Positions 58,726-64,000 of a DNA stretch of 64,000 bases are shown here, piece by piece. Position 1 is the stretch's first letter. Every line of letters begins with the position of its first letter. The notes below the pieces were generated by a model. It searched no databases and had not been told where the DNA came from. It saw only the letters and a program-made list of their open reading frames with translations. The position numbers and the translations under genes were made by a program. Origin of the DNA: Camelus ferus (lineage: Eukaryota); assembly GCF_009834535.1 (NCBI RefSeq), contig NC_045696.1, positions 79,052,001 to 79,116,000 on the forward strand. Direction: 5' to 3'.

Positions 58726-59969
58726 CTTTGAGCATACATTGAACTCAAAACTGAACTCCAGAAGTGTTTTACCGAGCAGAGTGAGAACAATACTCTCCAC
58801 TCACAGCCCATATATATATTCAGGGCAAATTAGGAATAAGTCAACAACTGATTTGGGGCCAGGGTGCCCTGTAGTCATGCTTTATGTAAATTAACTTACT
58901 AGTCACTTCTTTAGTACATGCCAATTGACATACGTCCTGGCATGCCCATGTAAGTCCAAGTGATACGTTGCCCTTCAAATATGAAGATGAATTAAAAGAA
59001 ATGAGTAGTGAGAAATACAGGTAATAGGAAACAGAAATGTTTTTATGATGAAAAGAACTCCGAATAAGGGTAATAGGAAATAAAAATGTTTTTATGAGAA
59101 AGAAGAACTCCAAAAGTCTATTATTATAACTCTATCTAGTGTCTTTAGATAACTATCCACATACTTTTCATTTATCTAGTGACTGATACTTTTTACAAGA
59201 TGGGTTCCTGTTGTACCGTATCATGTTGCCAGGCAACAAAGAAAAGTTTGTGGTGGCAAGGGAATGTAACACATGAGCCAGAATTTAAAATGTATTTTTC
59301 AAAATAAACTGCAATCAAAACTTAACTTCAAAAATAGCATCTTATATTTATAAGGTACTTAAATGTTACAGGTACATAACAGCACTGCCCTCACTGACAC
59401 TGATGGCAGCAATAGAGATGAAACCACTCTTATTACCAATTGGGGTCAACCTTACCAATATGACAGGCAGCAGTTTGAGTCAGAAGTTGATACAGGGTAT
59501 GTCTGGCTATGACCATCAATCAGTTCATTCACTACTCTTCATTCCTAAATTTTCTTATTCTCTAGAATGATCAATCATCCTTCACCTTATAAACTGTTCT
59601 TACTCTAAATTTACTACATATGAAATCCTTCTCTGTGGGCTTTTCATTAGCTCTATGGACCAAGCATTTAAAGGTACATGGTAGAGTTAGAATAATAGAG
59701 AGGCTTTTGGAATTTTTTTTTTCTCCTAAGAGCATTTTCTTTTTTCCCATTAGCCTTATTCTTTCTCAAGGAAAAAATAGTATAATTGGAACAATTAAAT
59801 TAAATATTAAAAATAGAAATTGTGCAATTTCTTATTTTTTATTATTTTAAATAAAGCTTCTTGGCATGTTTCTCAGCAAAATTTTCTATTTTCTTTTAAT
59901 CCTCAGAAACCAGAGTACCTCATTCTTGGAATTTACATTTATAACAAACCCAAGAATGGCACACGGGAA

Positions 59970-60150
59970 TTATTAGAACAGGCCTACTGACTAGAGACCT
60001 GGGTCCTAAACTTATTTATCTCACTTTTTATTCATATGACTATGCAACATGTTATTTAATGCCTTGAAGTCTTAATTTTCTCATGTGTAAATTAAGGACA
60101 CTAATACATGTTCTCTATTCTTGACATGTTAAGGTGAATATCAAAATGGA
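59970..60150 (+). mobile_element. MIR SINE
   Basis: 'gactagagacctgggtcc...tatgactatgcaacatgttatttaatgccttgaagtcttaattttctcatgtgtaaattaagg'. Confidence 0.65.
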
Positions 60151-61299
60151 CTTTTCAAAAAAAAAATGTTAGGACAAGGGTGTTTTGAAAATCGTAAGTG
60201 TAGTACAAAAGTTTCAACTGTTAAAATCATCTTACTTGAAACCAAAAGAAAACCTCATGGCAGTTGATTTCTGTATTATGGCATCCAATATGTGTAAGAT
60301 TTTAGTCAAGCAACACTTATTAATTGAAGAGAAAATAAATGCCTGTAAAATACTTCAAAAATTATAAAGTGCTACATAAATATGTGTATTATTGCTAGAT
60401 TATATGTAAGAAAATATGCTTGGCACCATGGTATAAATGCAAAGAGTAGACACTATTACATAGATATGTTAATTCTATATCTTAAGAAAACGACACAGCT
60501 AACAACATTAAAACAAACAGCACATGGAAACATGCCCTTGCATAGCAATGTAAGAAACAGAAGACATATCTAGACACTAATCACTGAGAAACAGATGTAA
60601 TACATTGAGTGAAATGAGATCCCTGCTTTCATGTGACATATAGTTAAAATTAAATGGTGTTTCAGTGATACCCGTGAGCAATGACTTAAACTCTCCAGTA
60701 CCTTGAGCTAAAACGACTTCCTGTGGGAATGTATTTGGTCAATATTTCCACTAAAGATTTCAGCATTCTATATTTTCATTTCTGCTTTGAAATTATCCAA
60801 AACTATCAGCTCACATTCTTGGTGAATCTACCAGTGGATGATAAAATGAACTAAAGTAAAATAGTTACCTTGACTTGCTTGGCTAATTATCTAAACCAGT
60901 GAATAGCTGAAATTTGTTGAATACAATGCTTCGGCACTTTATGTTGACTCCTCACACCACTGCTATACTGAAGTTATCAATATCCCTAGATGAGGAAACC
61001 GGAGGTTTAAGTCACCAGTAGGACACTGAGAGATTGAGAGCTGGGCTTCAAATCAAGTTTCATGTGAGTACAACGCCCAGAGCCTTAGCCACAAATATAT
61101 TCTTAAATATAGGCTGCAAGTAGAGATTTGATATAGCTTAATTTAATAAGATGTTTTATGTAGAGTTGTATGTAATAAGTACAACTGAACTATAGAAATT
61201 GGGAAAGTCTGGACTGGGAAAAATATACGGATCAAATTATAAAAATTGATTTCTCCAAAAAGAACTTAGGTAAATTGATAATAAATAACTGATATTCTT

Positions 61300-61900
61300 C
61301 AAAATATAAATGGGCCAATTATAGTGTTCAAATATTGGAAGGATATTCACACTAATTTGAAATAACTCCCACCTCCACCCAGGCAAATTAAAGCAGAGGA
61401 GTCATTTTATATAAAACTAACAAAAACATTCTTTTGTACCTGATGAGTCTGGAACAGAATGGCACTTACAATCTGTTTTCAAAAGGATAGCAACAATTAC
61501 ATGAATGTCTTTATCTTTTGATCTAGCAATCCCACTCACAGGTACATATCCTAGGGAAACAATCCAGTAAGAAAGAACAACAATAGTCCCAAAGATGTTC
61601 ATTAAAGTATTATAATGAGAAAAAAAATAGAAGTAAACTAAATGTCAAACAAAAGGGGAATAGCTGAGTGAATTATAATGCATCAACCCAGTGGCATTTT
61701 TTGCGGTCATTAAAAGATTATATAGGAGCATGAAATACTTTAACGATATAATGAAAAGTGAAATAAAATAGCGTATTTTATGATACTATGATTAAATAAT
61801 AGAAAATAAGAATGAAAGATGAAACTTACAAAAAACCCATATATTTTAGGATAATGTGATTTTTATTCAATGTAATCCTTTATACATTACTTCTTATTTA
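61300..61900 (+). mobile_element. Old L1ME ORF2 end / 3'UTR remnant
   Basis: 'cttttgatctagcaatcccactcacaggtacatatcctaggga', 'aaagatgttcattaaagtattataa', 'aaactaaatgtcaaacaaaagggga'. Confidence 0.7.
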
Positions 61901-62869
61901 ATAGATAACATTTTAAATGAGGGGTTTATATGTAAATGCTACAAAATAATTTTTCAACTTCACTGTCTAGTGATTTAAATTTGGCCAAGAGGCATAACTA
62001 GTACAACTCACTGCAATTTTACTATTGAGTAGGTACGTTTGAACGAGGAGCAGCAACACACCACTCCCAAACTTTTATACTCTTAAGACACCATGCTTAA
62101 CCCAGAAGATGAGATGGAAGTAAATTTATGCTACTGCTACTACCTGGGAGCTTAACATCAACCTCAAAAGTACATATACAGTAGCCATTAAGATGCCAAA
62201 TTGGAACATCAGCTCAATCCATGGAACACATGTATTGAGTATTTTTATATTCAGGTATCTTTGATGAGCTTAAAGAGAGGAAAGAAAAGCAGTATTCTAG
62301 GGGGCCACAATCTAGACTTATCTGGACAGATACATAAGCAATCAGTGAAAGGACATGGTGAAAAGACTAGAATAGGGACACAAACAAAGCACCATGGTTG
62401 TATAGGAAGGTAATGTGTCCCTCCAGTAACCCTGGGGAGACTCCCAGCCCCATGGTTATCTTGAAAAATTTTTCACTGTGTATCAAGCTTAGCATAAAGT
62501 ATGTTGCAATAGAACACTCTTTAGATTATTGGTGTTCAATTACACTAAGAAGAGCTGTTGTTTGTCTCATTGGGGTCCTCACATCATTGGTACTTTAAAA
62601 AATTCTCACCCATTAACCCTGTCTCATCTTCACAACTTTCCTATTTAGCCTAGATTCTATGAGACATTATTTTAATAAGCTCTCATGTTTAATAATCCTC
62701 TGACCTTGTACCTTGTACCCGCCTTGTAAAATCTGTATTTCATACTCTGAATCTTATCCCTTCTCATCTGGTGATTTCCCTTTTATTTTGTATTTTATTT
62801 TTATTGTAGTTTTTTAAATTTTATGTATTTTATTATTTATTTGTATTTTATTTTGCATTATATCTTTAA

Positions 62870-63665
62870 TTTCTTCCTTTCTCTTAGATTAATCTCTCTA
62901 TATTTAACATTCCCAAGTGTATCTCGCCAGGCAAACAAAATCACCTTTCTGATCTCACTTTCTCCTTTACTTACTGCTTTATCTTTTGTCTTTCGAAGTC
63001 ATTCTTCTGGAAGAGCTAAATACATCTGCAGTCTATCATTCTTCCTCAGCTCTTGTTTTCCCATTCACTCCTTAATTCATTCCAATCGGAATAATTCTCC
63101 CCCCTCATCTGCCTTGGCCCGTTTGCCAGTGAAACAGTTCCTGATGTCACCCGCGTCCTTCTTTGCTAAGTAACGGGTGTTTCTGGTCTTCATTTTGCTC
63201 ATTTTCACTTTATCTGATTCTCAGCAGTATTTTACACGGTTGACCACTCTTTTTTTTTCCCCCTTGGAATTCCCTTTTCCCTTGGCTTCAATGACACCCT
63301 ATTCTCCTGATTTTCCTTCTTCCTGACCACTCCTTTTTGTTCTTATTTGTTGGCTGTTCATCTGCATCTAATCCTTAAATGCTGGAGTCCTTCAATGCTG
63401 GGTGATAGGCCCTTTTCAGTTTCTTTATGTCTTTGTAAGTAATTCCATGCACACTCATAACTTTGCTTACCATTTGCTTTTAATTTTCACTGCCTATTCA
63501 ATAACAGTATTTGGGTGCCTGACATTGTCTTAAACTCAACATGCCCATAACTGAATTAAACATTTCCCTCCCAAACTGTTCTTCCTCTGTATTATTAACC
63601 TTAGTGAATAATGCCAATATACAGTCAGGTGCACAAGCCAGAAGCTAGGATCCATCTTTAATATA
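62870..63665 (+). mobile_element. L2 ORF2 (RT) remnant
   Basis: 'tctcagcagtattttacacggttgaccactc' corresponds to the RT motif SAAFDTVDH; also 'ttcccttggcttcaatgacaccctattctcctgattttcc' and 'cttaaactcaacatgcccataactgaa'. Confidence 0.8.
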
Positions 63666-63794
63666 ACCCATCCCATCAATCATGGATGATGACAGGGCCA
63701 AAACCACATAAGGCAGGAGGAGATATATGATTCTTGGTGGCATTGTGCCTGATCGAGGCTTCCATGAAGCCAGTCCAGTGCTGGACATTATAAT

Positions 63795-64000
63795 TACCAG
63801 AGTCAACAAATGCCATTTATTTGTTACTTGTAAAACAAGAGTCATGACCTTTTATCCCTTGCTGAGTCTCTCATAAACACTGACACTGTTGACACTTTCT
63901 CTTCCCTTGGCTTTGAGACAACTGTCTCCTGGCTTTCCTCCTATTTCTTTGCCTCTCCTTTCTACTTTGTTGGCATGCTCATCCTCCTTCAAGCCACAAG
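63795..64000 (+). mobile_element. Second L2 RT fragment (runs off the window)
   Basis: 'tgacactgttgacactttctcttcccttggctttgagacaactgtctcctggctttcctcct'. Confidence 0.65.

Noticed and set aside
1..64000. Prokaryote-type systems (CRISPR arrays, operons, defence or retron loci) or horizontally inserted foreign DNA
   Set aside because: No regularly spaced repeat-spacer array, no long ORFs and no compositional break. The sequence is uniformly mammalian and repeat-rich.

Overview
This is eutherian mammal genomic DNA: AT-rich, CpG-depleted, with no recognisable protein-coding exon, RNA gene or CRISPR-type system. It looks like a gene desert or a very long intron. A tRNA-Ala-derived Vic-1-like SINE and cetartiodactyl-type L1 and LTR ends suggest a camelid host (inference). 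Much of the window is decayed transposon sequence: a near-full-length Tigger1 with a nested SINE, several L1 ages, L2, an ancient CR1/L3, MIRs, a cluster of ERV1 LTRs, MaLR LTRs, and hAT/Tigger MITEs. Every ORF-track entry I can interpret is a transposon remnant or a chance ORF. The most interesting signals lie in the repeat-free islands: a candidate recursive splice site with a 27-nt RS-exon, composite developmental motif clusters (TALE/Hox, Sox-Oct, Otx/Meis/Pax6, Forkhead, RFX), CTCF motifs, and a few non-B-DNA micro-structures. I found no convincing new biological system. Repeat family names come from recalled consensus sequences, most boundaries are approximate, and all regulatory calls are hypotheses.
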